From Bacteroidota bacterium (GTDB taxonomy: Bacteria; Bacteroidota; Ignavibacteria; UBA10030; SZUA-254), in contig DATDFQ010000024.1 in assembly GCA_036522515.1 (NCBI GenBank), forward strand, positions 43,173 to 107,172: a DNA stretch of 64,000 nt, given 5' to 3'. How positions within the stretch are numbered: the first letter of the stretch is position 1; every line of letters starts with the position of its first letter. The position numbers were made by a program, and so were the translations under genes. Shown piece after piece: positions 54,876 through 64,000 of the stretch. Under the pieces are notes generated by a model. The model was not told the DNA's origin. It saw only the letters and a program-made list of their open reading frames with translations, and did no database searches.

Positions 54876-55478
54876 TTACTTTTTCGTATCCTTCTTCGCG
54901 TCCTTCTCTGCAGCCTGCTCTGCCGCGGTCCAGGGAGGGACCACTTTGTTCATCCTGGCATACGCAATCGATTGACCCAGGTGTTCATGCAGGTGAAGCG
55001 CGGCTTCGAAGATCACCCCCCGGTAGGTCGCGTCATCGCCGAACATCTTCGTCGCCTTGTCAAGATCCGAATCGGGCGTCTGGAGCACGGCGGTGCGAAG
55101 ATGGTTAAAGGACACCTTGAGAGCCTGTATCACCTTCGCCTTTTCCGTCACATTCTTCTCCAGGTTCTTTTCCAGTCCTTCCGGCTTCTTGACACCGATG
55201 AACGTCGGAAAGAGATAATTGGCACCGGCGATATGCATATAGACTTCGCTGACCGACCGGACACCCTCCATCGGCCTCCAGGAGTAGGAATTCTCGGGCA
55301 TGGCCCCGGCCAGTTCTTCGATCTTCTTCTCCACATCGTTTAACTGGCCAATGAACTCTCCCCGGAATCCTGTGGGGGCGGGAGGTTTTTCGATCGGATC
55401 TTTCTGCTGCGCCCGGACCGGCTGCATGAGCAGGAAGGCGACCGTGAGGACGGCAATCAGAGCGTGGATTGTTTTCAT
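54876..55478 (-). CDS. secreted DinB-superfamily (DinB_2-like) four-helix-bundle protein
   Basis: Signal peptide MKTIHALIAVLTVAFLLMQPVRAQ. H..xxxxxxxH..H pattern (YMHIAGANYLF...ALHLHEHLGQSIAY) typical of DinB/YfiT metal-binding helices. Confidence 0.6.
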   Translation of the reverse strand: MKTIHALIAVLTVAFLLMQPVRAQQKDPIEKPPAPTGFRGEFIGQLNDVEKKIEELAGAMPENSYSWRPMEGVRSVSEVYMHIAGANYLFPTFIGVKKPEGLEKNLEKNVTEKAKVIQALKVSFNHLRTAVLQTPDSDLDKATKMFGDDATYRGVIFEAALHLHEHLGQSIAYARMNKVVPPWTAAEQAAEKDAKKDTKK

Positions 55479-55565
55479 GTTGATTCTCCTTTGGTTGATG
55501 TAATGTAGTGAACTAACAATTAGCATGACGGGATAATGAATAGCCTCGGCCTATTACCTCTGCTC

Positions 55566-55645
55566 GTCATCCCGACATGTTTTAGGTCGGGATCTTTCTA
55601 AAAGATTTTCAAGATGCTGACCTGAAGCATGTCAGGATGACGAGA
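55566..55645. repeat. C-family hairpin (inverted) plus C-family stem variant GCTGAC/GTCAGG
   Basis: ctcgtcatcccgacatgttttaggtcgggatctttc ... gatgctgacctgaagcatgtcaggatgacgag. Confidence 0.75.
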
Positions 55646-55689
55646 TGGAAAGAAAGATGGCAAACTGAGACACGACCGACGAAACAGAC

Positions 55690-58600
55690 TTATTTTTTGG
55701 GCAACAAGACATCGTACACATTCGGATCGTCCGGTTTCGGTTTGCCGCCCCCCACCCACTCGCCGGCGACGGCCTCGACACTCCTGAAGTCCCCGATCCC
55801 GGCGCCGCCGTGATCGTCCTGCGCGCCGATCAAGACCGCGTAACGCCACTTCGCCTGCGGGGAGCCCAGGATTCTCTGGGGGATGCCAAATTGAATCGTC
55901 TTCGTTCCGGCATTACCGAGCGGATCCCTTTCGTCACCGGGGGCGGGCATATACTCCGCGAGGACCTTCCCCTTCGAATCCTCGATCCGGATTCCTCCCC
56001 CCACATAGATGATCTCCTCGAAACCAAAATCCTTTGAGAATGTATATTTCGAGTTCATTCCGACTTTCGTTTGGCCCGAGCCGGGCTTCCCGTCCTTGTC
56101 GATGGCGATCGCCGCGTAGGTCAGCTGGAATCCGTACTCGGGGTGCCATCCCGGATCGGAGAGCTCTCTGAACTGCAATCGAAAATAGAGGTTGCTTTTG
56201 TCGGCAGAAACCGAGAAATGAACGATATCCAGGCTTCCCGGTTTCAAGCTGGGAGTCTTTGGATAGGTATACGTGCCCGGCCCGGTATCGTCACCCTCCG
56301 GATCTGCGGCGTCATACAGGTTCACCGCCGACGGGTCTTTCGGCTTGATGTCAGCGAGGGTGAGGAGCGGGTAGGGCGGCGGACGAAGCGCCTTGAGCCA
56401 CGGCCTCACAAGCGGAGAGGCGAGCTTGAGCCCCGCGAACCGGCGGGGATCGGGCACGGAAATCGAATCTTTCTCCGGGAGGCGCGACGTGCCGCTCCCA
56501 TCCGCCTGCGTGACGCCGTTCTTATCGATCTTCAGCTGAATCGACCCTCCCGGCGGAAGCTGGGTCCGGATCCCCCGCAGCAGCAGGTCGCTCATGCCGG
56601 TTGAGCCGGCGGGGAGATCGTTCCGGACTGTCGCAAATTCAACGGGGGGATACACGACGACATTCAGATTCGCCGCCTTTGGCTGCGAGGAAAGGGTGAT
56701 GCTGAACGAGCCGGGCTCCGCTTCGTATCCGACCGCGACCGTGCTTGATCCGATCACCGCATCGAAATCGGCGTGCGGGATCGCCGACGGGAGCCGGGGT
56801 TTCAGGGTGAGGGTCGAGCCGGGCGCGTCAGCCTCCACGCCAAGGTACGCCTGGTAAAAACTGCGGACGAACTCGGCGAGACTCCATGCCTGGGAATATG
56901 CCCCCGAGAGGCTCGGTTCGGTCTGACCGGGGCGCGGAGCGGCGTCCAGCAACTCGGAGAGGGTGCCCACGGCACCGCGATCGAGCAGCTGATGCGACAT
57001 ATTCCCGGTCACCTCGAACGCGGTGTTCGACAACCCATACGATGCGGCAAGATCGATCCACCGGCCCGCGAGCCAGGGCCACACGATTCCGTTATGGTAT
57101 GCTTCATCCGGCACATAGAACGGCGGATAGTGGTGGTACGGATGAAAATCTTCGTCCTCCTGCGACAGAGTCGCGACGCCGTGGGAATAGACGAGTTCTC
57201 GCGTCACGTTCTCAAATACGGTCCTCCGGACGGTCTCGTCGCGGACGAGGCCGATTGCGAAGAGCTGGTTCGGGCGCATCCGGAGGTCCGGCGCTCCGCC
57301 CGGGCGAAGGTGGTCGTAGACCTCGCCTCCCCCTGCCCTGAGAAACTGCCTGTTGAAATTCGCGGCGAGCGTGTCGCTGATCCGGGACCACCGGTCCGCC
57401 GACTCGCGTTCCGGTCCGCCAGCGCCTGCCATCCTCGCAAGCTCCGCCCCTACCCGAAGCTCGTCATACCAGAGCGCCTGGACGTCGTCGGCGCGATTTC
57501 CCCGGGGGGACCATCCTCCGCGCGGGCCGACCGCATCCATCCAGGTTTCCGCATCCCCGTGCGTCAAAAAGTAGTTTCGGTCGGCGTGGTATTTCAGAGT
57601 CCCTTCGATCGACCGGCTCACAACGCGGTACATCTCCTTGGCGAACGTTGTGTCACCCGAATAGCGGATATACTCGCCGAGAGCCCGGACGAATCGGGGC
57701 GTGCCGTCGGCGCTGTTGTAGGAAATCGAGTTAGTGGTGACGGTATTGGGAATCCGTCCGTATGTCGGGCTGGTCGGAAGTGTATCCTGCCATTCCGCGA
57801 ACGACCGAAGGATCGATTTCGCATCGGCAAAATTACCTGTGACAAGCGTGGCCCCGGGGAGAGAGATGAACGAGTCTCTCCCCCAGTAATCATCGAACCA
57901 GGGGAGCCCGGCGAAGATGCCTTTCTTCGTTTGATTCATGATCAGAGCGTCGAGAGAGACTCTCGCCCACGCCAACGCTTTGTCGAGAGGTCCGTTGCCG
58001 GTCCGAAGATAGGACCGGTTCAGGAGTTGCTCGATCCTTTTCTTGCGCCCGGAAACCGGCTCTTTCGTCTTGTAATTCCCGACGATGGAGGAGGCGAGGT
58101 CCGCGGCCGCCTCGGCGGAATCTCCGGCGGCGATCACGGCGGCAAATCCGGTGCTCCTGAGGCCGGAGCGAAGCGCCGCGGGCGAAAAATTGCGCCCGTA
58201 TTCCTTCCCCTCGTAAATCGAGAGCGCGAATTCGGAAGCGGGAAGAATCGAGACCGCAATCCATCCGGGATAGCGCTCCGCCGGAGTCGGAGCGAGATGG
58301 CCGTTCCGGCCTATCATGAGACCGCCGTTCAGGGTCTTGAGGGTGAAATCATCCGCGCTGTGAAGATCGCTGAAGATCGGCCTGACCGCGATGTGATCGC
58401 CCCTGACGCTGTCGATCTCGATCCAGATCGCGTTGACGAAATCGAGAAGCGTGACCGTTTCGCGCACCCCGTTGGCGTATTCCCGGACAATCTGATGGGG
58501 ATAGACGACCGCCCGAACGATGTCCGAGCGGCGAAGCTCCACGCCGTCGATCTCGACGGAATAGTCCTCCATGATTTCCCTCGACATGACGCGCCAGCCC

Positions 58601-58791
58601 TGCCATGCGGAACGGTGGGAGGCGTTCGTTTCGGTATAAAACACACCTGCTTCCTTATTCGTATATGCCACCTCCCGTGAAGCCCCTTTCACCTCGATGC
58701 CGAGTTCTTGCAGGGTCATTGGGGTTCGTTTGGGGGGTTGCTGTCCGTACGCAAGGAGCGGGAGACAGAGACACAAAACCAGGAATTTCAT
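55690..58791 (-). CDS. secreted amylo-alpha-1,6-glucosidase-like protein (GDE_N + GDE_C six-hairpin, GH133-like) with an additional about 330-aa C-terminal domain
   Basis: Signal peptide MKFLVLCLCLPLLAYGQ. ...GLPWFDDYWGRDSFISLPG...HGDAETWMDA...DDVQALWYDEL...NGIVWPWLAGRWI are hallmark GDE_C segments. The antisense ORF 56773..58680 is an artefact. Confidence 0.7.
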   Translation of the reverse strand: MKFLVLCLCLPLLAYGQQPPKRTPMTLQELGIEVKGASREVAYTNKEAGVFYTETNASHRSAWQGWRVMSREIMEDYSVEIDGVELRRSDIVRAVVYPHQIVREYANGVRETVTLLDFVNAIWIEIDSVRGDHIAVRPIFSDLHSADDFTLKTLNGGLMIGRNGHLAPTPAERYPGWIAVSILPASEFALSIYEGKEYGRNFSPAALRSGLRSTGFAAVIAAGDSAEAAADLASSIVGNYKTKEPVSGRKKRIEQLLNRSYLRTGNGPLDKALAWARVSLDALIMNQTKKGIFAGLPWFDDYWGRDSFISLPGATLVTGNFADAKSILRSFAEWQDTLPTSPTYGRIPNTVTTNSISYNSADGTPRFVRALGEYIRYSGDTTFAKEMYRVVSRSIEGTLKYHADRNYFLTHGDAETWMDAVGPRGGWSPRGNRADDVQALWYDELRVGAELARMAGAGGPERESADRWSRISDTLAANFNRQFLRAGGGEVYDHLRPGGAPDLRMRPNQLFAIGLVRDETVRRTVFENVTRELVYSHGVATLSQEDEDFHPYHHYPPFYVPDEAYHNGIVWPWLAGRWIDLAASYGLSNTAFEVTGNMSHQLLDRGAVGTLSELLDAAPRPGQTEPSLSGAYSQAWSLAEFVRSFYQAYLGVEADAPGSTLTLKPRLPSAIPHADFDAVIGSSTVAVGYEAEPGSFSITLSSQPKAANLNVVVYPPVEFATVRNDLPAGSTGMSDLLLRGIRTQLPPGGSIQLKIDKNGVTQADGSGTSRLPEKDSISVPDPRRFAGLKLASPLVRPWLKALRPPPYPLLTLADIKPKDPSAVNLYDAADPEGDDTGPGTYTYPKTPSLKPGSLDIVHFSVSADKSNLYFRLQFRELSDPGWHPEYGFQLTYAAIAIDKDGKPGSGQTKVGMNSKYTFSKDFGFEEIIYVGGGIRIEDSKGKVLAEYMPAPGDERDPLGNAGTKTIQFGIPQRILGSPQAKWRYAVLIGAQDDHGGAGIGDFRSVEAVAGEWVGGGKPKPDDPNVYDVLLPKK

Positions 58792-58839
58792 CGACTAAAA
58801 GTACGGATTTTTACGATCAAAAGTGTGTCATTCTGAGGA

Positions 58840-59060
58840 GCGGAGCGACGAAGAATCTGTTTTTTTTCATATCTCAGGCGATGAGATCCTTCGCTTCACT
58901 CAGGATGACAATGAGGTGCTCAGGATGACAATTCGGCGTTAGGTCTCGTTCCCACGCTCTGCGTGGGAACGAGGAAGATCCCGACCAGAAACATGTCGGG
59001 ATGACGAGCAAAAAATATCGGGATGACGAGCAAAAAGAAATGCCGGGATGACGGGGAGAG
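58840..59060. repeat. D, D-tail, B, C and two C-tail fragments in series
   Basis: gatccttcgcttcactcaggatgacaa; gctcaggatgacaattcgg; ctcgttcccacgctctgcgtgggaacgagg; agatcccgaccagaaacatgtcgggatgacgagc; atatcgggatgacgagc; aatgccgggatgacgggg. The ORF at 58874..59077 (…VILSEAKDL…) is an artefact. Confidence 0.8.
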
Positions 59061-59073
59061 GCGTGCCGGAACG

Positions 59074-61974
59074 TCACTGGCGGGGATAGAGCACGACGTC
59101 GACGTAGTTTTTCATGTCGAGGTAGCGGCGCGCCGCTTCCTGAAGTGCACCCGGAGTCAATCCGGCCACGAGCGCATCGTAGCGGTTGATGTTCGCCGGG
59201 TCCTCCTCGTTCTGATAATAGTAGCCCAGGTAGGAGAGCCAGAAGCCGTTGGTCTTCTTATCGGTTTCGCGCTCGCGCCGCTGCGTTTCCTTCACCTTGG
59301 CCACGTAGCTCTCCTCGACCCCCGATTCCTTGAACCGCTTGATCTCCGCGAACATCGACTTCGAAAGCTCCTCCACCCTCTCGGGCGCGCAGGAAAATCC
59401 GATCCTGAACGAATACCCGGGAACGGGGTAGTGCTCCGTCGACCCGGAGACCGATACGCCGTAGGTGCCCCCCTTCTCCTCCCTCAGAATCTCGCGGAGC
59501 CGGATTTCCAGCGTGCTGGAGAGGGAGTTGAGGATGTACCGGTTCCCCTGCGACCACTCGAAGGGGCCCGTAAAAATAATCTCCACCTGGCTCTTCGGCT
59601 CGATCCCCTTATGAACCGATTTCTCTATGACGCCTTTCGGAGGCCGCACTCCGATGTCCCTCCAGCGCTCATTCCGCCGGAGGGCGGGGAGGGAACCGAG
59701 GTACTGCAGAACGTACGGACGAATCTGATCGGGCGTGATATTCCCCACGAAGAGGAAGGTGAAATCGCTCGCGTCCGCGAACCGGTCGCGGTAAATGTCG
59801 AGCGACGATTGCAAATCCATCTGACCGAAGAGCTTCTCGGTCCAGGGCTGCCTCCGGGGATGGTATTGCGAAAGCGTCACCCCGACAGTGTCCTCGAACG
59901 CGGATTCCGGGCGGGAGCTCCGGTTCTGGAGATACGCTTTGATCCTCGACCTGTAGGCGAGATACGCGGAGCTATCCGCCCGCGGAGCCGTGAAATAAAG
60001 GTAGATGAGCTGGAACATCGTTTCGAGATCCCGCGGGGCGCTGTTGCCCGACAATCCTTCGTCCAGTTCGCCGATATTCGGGGAGACGCTCACCACCTTC
60101 CCGGCGAGCATTTTTTGGAGCATGATGGCGTCGAAGCCGGCGACTCCGCCCTCTTCGACGATCGAGGTGGCCGTCACCGCGGGAATATATTCGCTGTCGG
60201 GCACAACGGACGATCCGCCCGGGCTGAAGGCCGAAAAGATGACCTCGTCATTTTTGAAATCGGTGGGCCTCAGGATAACGCGGATGCCGTTTGAGAGACG
60301 CCATTCCGTCACGCCGACTGCGACGACTTCCTTCTGATCCGCAAGCGTCCCCGGAGCAGGCGGAGCCGCGAGAAGCGGCGCTCCCGAAACGGTATCCGCA
60401 TACGCCTCGACGCTCGACGCGTTCGCCGAGTCGAAGACAGCGGCAAGTTGCCGGGCCTCCGGCGTTTCCAGCCCCCGCTTCTCCGGCGCGTTCACCAGGA
60501 CGACCCTGTTTCTGTCGGTCATCCACCTCGCGGCGAACTGATCGATCTCGGAGAGGGAGATCTCCGGCAGGTATTTCTTGTACAACTCGAATTCAAAGGC
60601 GATCCCCGGGACCGGTTCCTTCTCCAGATAGTGCCGTATCAACTCGGAGGCAAGGCCCTCCGATTCCGTCTTGTCGCGCTCGCGGTACGCCTCCTCCATG
60701 AACCTGAGGAAGTCCTTCTTTTGCCGGTCCAATTCCGCCTGCGTGAATCCGTAGAGCTTGACTTTCCGGGCTTCCTTGAGAATCGTTTCCATTCCCCGCG
60801 GAATGCCCCCGTCCCTGACCCCCGCTTCGAGCGAGTAGGCGCTCTTCGTCCGGACGAGATTGCCGTAGGAGGAGGAAGCAAAGAGGAAGGGGGGATCCGG
60901 CTTCTTCGTCAGTTCGCCGAGCCGCTGGTTGAGCATGCTGTTGTAGAGCGCGCCGATCAGCGTCCGGCGATAATCGGCTTCCGTGCTCTCGGCCTCCACC
61001 TCGTGAAGATAATCGATGGAGACGCTCGAAAGCGTGGCTTCGGAGTCCGTGGCGATGGCGTAGAGGGTCTGATCGTGATCCGGGACAGGAAACGAAGGGG
61101 GGGATTGCGGCTGTTTGGCCGGTTCGATACCGGAGAACTGCTCCCGGATAAGCTGCTCGATCGACGATCGGTCGAAATCGCCGACCGCGATCACCGCCAT
61201 CTGCTCGGGGCGGTACCACGTCCTGTAGAAGCGCCGGAGGGTTTCCGGGCGGCATTTCTCGATAATCGGTTTCAAGCCGATCGGGAGGCGTTCCGCGTAC
61301 TTCGAATCCTTGAACAGAAAAGGGAATTGCTTGTCCCGCATCCGCGCCCCGGCCCCGCGTCCCAGCCGCCATTCTTCGATGATGACTCCGCGTTCCTTCT
61401 CCACCTCGTCGTCGTCGAAGCTGATCGTGTGCGCCCAGTCCTCGAGGATGACGAACGACTTCTTCACGATCTCGGCGGAATCCGTCGGAATCTGAAGCAT
61501 ATAGACGGTCTCTTCGAACCCTGTGTAGGCGTTGACGTCGGGTCCGAAGCGCATCCCCGCCGATTCAAGGTAACTGACGAGCTCCTGCTTCCTGAAATGA
61601 GCCGTTCCGTTGAACGCCATGTGCTCGACAAAATGCGCGAGCCCCCGTTGGTCTTCGTCTTCGAGAACCGAACCCGCGTTGACGACGAGCCGGAGCTCCG
61701 CCCGCTTTTCCGGCTTCCTGTTGGTCCTGATGAAATACGTCAGGCCGTTTTTCAACCTCCCGCTCGTCACCCCGGTGTCGAGCGGAAGCGGCCGGCTGAG
61801 ATCGGCGGCCGGAGACGCCTCCCCCGTTTTCACACCCTGGCGTGGTTCCCCTGGAGCGGGAGCCGGGTGGAAAAAAAAGAGGGCGGCAGCTGCGAGGAGG
61901 GTGGATGCGGGGATGACGGGGCGGCCGCGGCGGAGGTCTTTCGACGGCCGTTCAACGGGCGTACTCCGCCACAC
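59074..61974 (-). CDS. two-domain M16-family (pitrilysin/insulinase-like) zinc peptidase, secreted
   Basis: Inverted zinc motif HFVEHMAFNGT. Duplicated M16 and M16_C halves (about 960 aa). Probable GTG start near 61974 before the signal-like RPVIPASTLLAAAALFFFHPAPAPG; the ORF-track start at 62208 would overlap the upstream regulator gene. Confidence 0.75.
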   Translation of the reverse strand: MWRSTPVERPSKDLRRGRPVIPASTLLAAAALFFFHPAPAPGEPRQGVKTGEASPAADLSRPLPLDTGVTSGRLKNGLTYFIRTNRKPEKRAELRLVVNAGSVLEDEDQRGLAHFVEHMAFNGTAHFRKQELVSYLESAGMRFGPDVNAYTGFEETVYMLQIPTDSAEIVKKSFVILEDWAHTISFDDDEVEKERGVIIEEWRLGRGAGARMRDKQFPFLFKDSKYAERLPIGLKPIIEKCRPETLRRFYRTWYRPEQMAVIAVGDFDRSSIEQLIREQFSGIEPAKQPQSPPSFPVPDHDQTLYAIATDSEATLSSVSIDYLHEVEAESTEADYRRTLIGALYNSMLNQRLGELTKKPDPPFLFASSSYGNLVRTKSAYSLEAGVRDGGIPRGMETILKEARKVKLYGFTQAELDRQKKDFLRFMEEAYRERDKTESEGLASELIRHYLEKEPVPGIAFEFELYKKYLPEISLSEIDQFAARWMTDRNRVVLVNAPEKRGLETPEARQLAAVFDSANASSVEAYADTVSGAPLLAAPPAPGTLADQKEVVAVGVTEWRLSNGIRVILRPTDFKNDEVIFSAFSPGGSSVVPDSEYIPAVTATSIVEEGGVAGFDAIMLQKMLAGKVVSVSPNIGELDEGLSGNSAPRDLETMFQLIYLYFTAPRADSSAYLAYRSRIKAYLQNRSSRPESAFEDTVGVTLSQYHPRRQPWTEKLFGQMDLQSSLDIYRDRFADASDFTFLFVGNITPDQIRPYVLQYLGSLPALRRNERWRDIGVRPPKGVIEKSVHKGIEPKSQVEIIFTGPFEWSQGNRYILNSLSSTLEIRLREILREEKGGTYGVSVSGSTEHYPVPGYSFRIGFSCAPERVEELSKSMFAEIKRFKESGVEESYVAKVKETQRRERETDKKTNGFWLSYLGYYYQNEEDPANINRYDALVAGLTPGALQEAARRYLDMKNYVDVVLYPRQ

Positions 61975-62030
61975 GAGCGATTTCCGGATGAATGATGAGA
62001 TCGAAGCTGCTTTCAGACGAATAAGACGGG

Positions 62031-63080
62031 TCAAACTGCCGATGAGCTGCTTTCCGGGCTGGACCTGCTTCTTTTTTCGAAATGCTGTTTCTTGTACCGT
62101 TCGGTGCACTCGGGGCAAATCCCATGGCTGAAATCGACTTCGGAGTTCTCGTGCAGGTAGGCCTCGACCTCGAGCCAGTACCCGTGGTCGTCGCGTATCC
62201 GCTTGCACCAGGAACAGATGGGGAGAAGGCCCTTGAGGGATTTCACCTGCGCGAGCGCCTGTTGGAGCTCCTGGATGAGCTTTTCCCTCGCCGCCTGTGC
62301 CTGTCTCCGTTCGGTGATATCCCGTGCGATCGAAAGGACGACTTCCTCCCCCTTCATGTTGAAGATGCGCGTGTTCGTTTCAAAGGGAATCACTCCCCCG
62401 AACTTGGACTTCAATGCGGTTTCGAACGTGAAGCTCGCATGTTTTTGCTTGTTATGGAGGAGCTTCTTGAGATACTCAATTCCTTCCTTCGACTCGATAT
62501 CCGAGCGGCTCATCTCGAGAAGTTCATACCGCTCGTAGCCGAGGATCCGGCACGCGACATCGTTCACTTCCAGGATGCGGCCGGGGTTGTGGTCTTTCGT
62601 CAATTCGTTCAACAGGACCGCGTCGTTCAGATTGTTGAAGAGTTCGCGGAATTTTTTTTCGTTTTCCCGGAGGGCCTCCTCCATGAGACGGCGTTTCACC
62701 CGCTCCTCCGATTCGCGGAGAGCGCGGTGGACGACGGGGATCAGCCTCGACAGGCGCTGCTTGAGGACGTAGTCGGTCGCGCCCTGCTTGAGCGTCTCGA
62801 TGGCGAACTCTTCCCCGATCACTCCCGAAACGACGATGACGGGCGTGTCCGGACACTTTTTCCTGCAAATGTCCAGGGCGGCCATGCCGCCAAATGAGGG
62901 GAGCGAGTAGTCGGCGAGGATCAGATCGGGATCGAACTGATCGAGTTCACGAAGAAACGCCTCCTTGGTATCGACCCGGCGGGTCTCGAGAGAGACGCCA
63001 GCGCGCTTCAGCGCGTTTTCGGTAAGTTCCGCGTCGTTCGGATCATCTTCCAGTATCAGAACATGCAGTTTAGCGTCCAC
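62031..63080 (-). CDS. response regulator: REC + PAS + C-terminal Cys4 (putative zinc-binding) output module
   Basis: HVLILEDDPNDAEL...LILADYSLP (receiver). PAS with DAVLLNEL...ILEVNDVACRILGY. C-terminal GLLPICSWCKRIRDDHGYWLEVEAYLHENSEVDFSHGICPEC (CxxC...CPxC). Confidence 0.8.
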   Translation of the reverse strand: MDAKLHVLILEDDPNDAELTENALKRAGVSLETRRVDTKEAFLRELDQFDPDLILADYSLPSFGGMAALDICRKKCPDTPVIVVSGVIGEEFAIETLKQGATDYVLKQRLSRLIPVVHRALRESEERVKRRLMEEALRENEKKFRELFNNLNDAVLLNELTKDHNPGRILEVNDVACRILGYERYELLEMSRSDIESKEGIEYLKKLLHNKQKHASFTFETALKSKFGGVIPFETNTRIFNMKGEEVVLSIARDITERRQAQAAREKLIQELQQALAQVKSLKGLLPICSWCKRIRDDHGYWLEVEAYLHENSEVDFSHGICPECTERYKKQHFEKRSRSSPESSSSAV

Positions 63081-63213
63081 GAATCCCCCGATTCGGTGTT
63101 CTTGAATGCCGCAGGTTGTTCCTGCGGATCATCAATCCCGACGTCGGACGCTCCCGCCTTATAACGAGACTACGACGTAGCGATCGCAGATTAATTCAAT
63201 ACAAGTTCAGAAA

Positions 63214-63672
63214 TCATCTTCCGCCGAAGTACTTCTTCAGCGGCATCCAGTAATAATCAGTCCATCCCTTCCTGTAATTGCCGGCCTGTACGGTTGGAAC
63301 GTCCTTTTGAACCATCGTGACGACGGTACCCTCGCCCTTCGGCCTGAAGGTAAACTCGATCAGGGATGGCCTGCATCCCGACGGCCACTCTGTCGTCTTC
63401 CACTCCTGCACGATCCTTCTGCCGTTCTCGAGCTTGAGGTTCCTTCCGGAAATGTAGCCGTCCCAGGCCGTAAATTTGCCTCCGACCCTGCGGTCGCACG
63501 TCGCCCTGGCGCCCGTAAACGCGGTATGCCTCTGCTCATTGAGAAACGCGTCGTAGATCTCCACGGGTTTTGCGGGAATGAATTCCTTCTGCCTGATGGT
63601 TGTGGTCTTGAGGGGGGTCGCTTTCTCCTCGGGTGCTCTCTTCCCTGCCGATTTCATCTCCATAGCCTTCAT
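63214..63672 (-). CDS. SRPBCC / Aha1-like (activator of Hsp90 ATPase homolog) domain protein
   Basis: ...FIPAKPVEIYDAFLNEQRHTAFTGA...GGKFTAWDGYISGRNLKLENGRRIVQEW... typical AHSA1-domain pattern. The first about 30 residues may be over-extended. Confidence 0.65.
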   Translation of the reverse strand: MKAMEMKSAGKRAPEEKATPLKTTTIRQKEFIPAKPVEIYDAFLNEQRHTAFTGARATCDRRVGGKFTAWDGYISGRNLKLENGRRIVQEWKTTEWPSGCRPSLIEFTFRPKGEGTVVTMVQKDVPTVQAGNYRKGWTDYYWMPLKKYFGGR

Positions 63673-64000
63673 AGTAGATGCTCCTTCTCAGGTTGATTCC
63701 CGGACCTCAAATCGACTTCGAACGTCGCGAGGTCGATTTATCTAATTCCAATATAAACAGTTCCATGTCAATATCAAACGTTTACTGCCCTACTGTCATG
63801 GTCTGCCAATTAGCCCCGATATTGGTCAAAATTCATCATTTATTGACAAATAAGCGAGAATCTGCGAATACAGGCGCCATGTATAGAAGAAACAGACCTG
63901 AGCTCGAAAAGACTCCCGACCCCCTATCATGGGCGGGGAATGCCGGGGAAGGGGGGGACTAAGGTGGGGCTGGCTATGGCAGCGCGTTGAGCAGGTCGCC

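Noticed and set aside
63673-64000. AT-richer terminal 330 bp with an inverted repeat aaatcgac...gtcgattt
   Set aside because: Probably the promoter or leader region of the SRPBCC gene or of a gene beyond the window. Too little context to call a feature.

Overview
This is a high-GC (roughly 60%) bacterial chromosomal window carrying about 55 genes. The gene content points to the FCB group (Bacteroidota, Rhodothermota or Ignavibacteriota-like). It has T9SS C-terminal sorting domains, DUF3078 and DUF3943 outer-membrane proteins, TamB, and 'VILSEAKDL'-type hairpin repeats. Unlike classical Bacteroidia it uses Shine-Dalgarno sites and sigma70-like promoters of the form TTGnnn-17-TATATT.

The backbone is housekeeping. 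It includes a nuoABCDEF block and a translationally coupled hldA-hldC-tamB-rnr-dedA operon. It also has queF, nfo, anmK, pta, miaB, rpsT, mscL, a two-component system, a sigma54 activator next to lptE, a GH133-like secreted glycosidase and an M16 peptidase.

Five things stand out:
1. A clear TPP riboswitch with an attenuator hairpin sits in front of a TonB receptor, thiamine pyrophosphokinase and SSS-family transporter operon.
2. At least four families of short hairpin repeats (REP/MITE-like) colonise about 17 intergenic sites. Their stems show compensatory base changes and they carry conserved tails (GGCTACCGA, GTGGGAACGAG, GGGATGACGAG, CTCAGGATGACA). They form nested 'junkyards', and one is a 120-bp perfect palindromic MITE.
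3. A seven-gene envelope cluster on the minus strand contains a small secreted protein built from alpha-synuclein/LEA-like 11-residue KTKEG repeats, next to PAP2 and DUF3943 genes.
4. An AT-richer three-gene islet holds a strongly SD-led 90-aa ORF and two paralogous ER/K-rich single-alpha-helix membrane/TPR proteins.
5. An AT-rich brnTA toxin-antitoxin module has a textbook palindromic operator embedded in a TTGACA-17-TATATT promoter and a near-leaderless GTG start.

No CRISPR, rRNA or tRNA genes were found.
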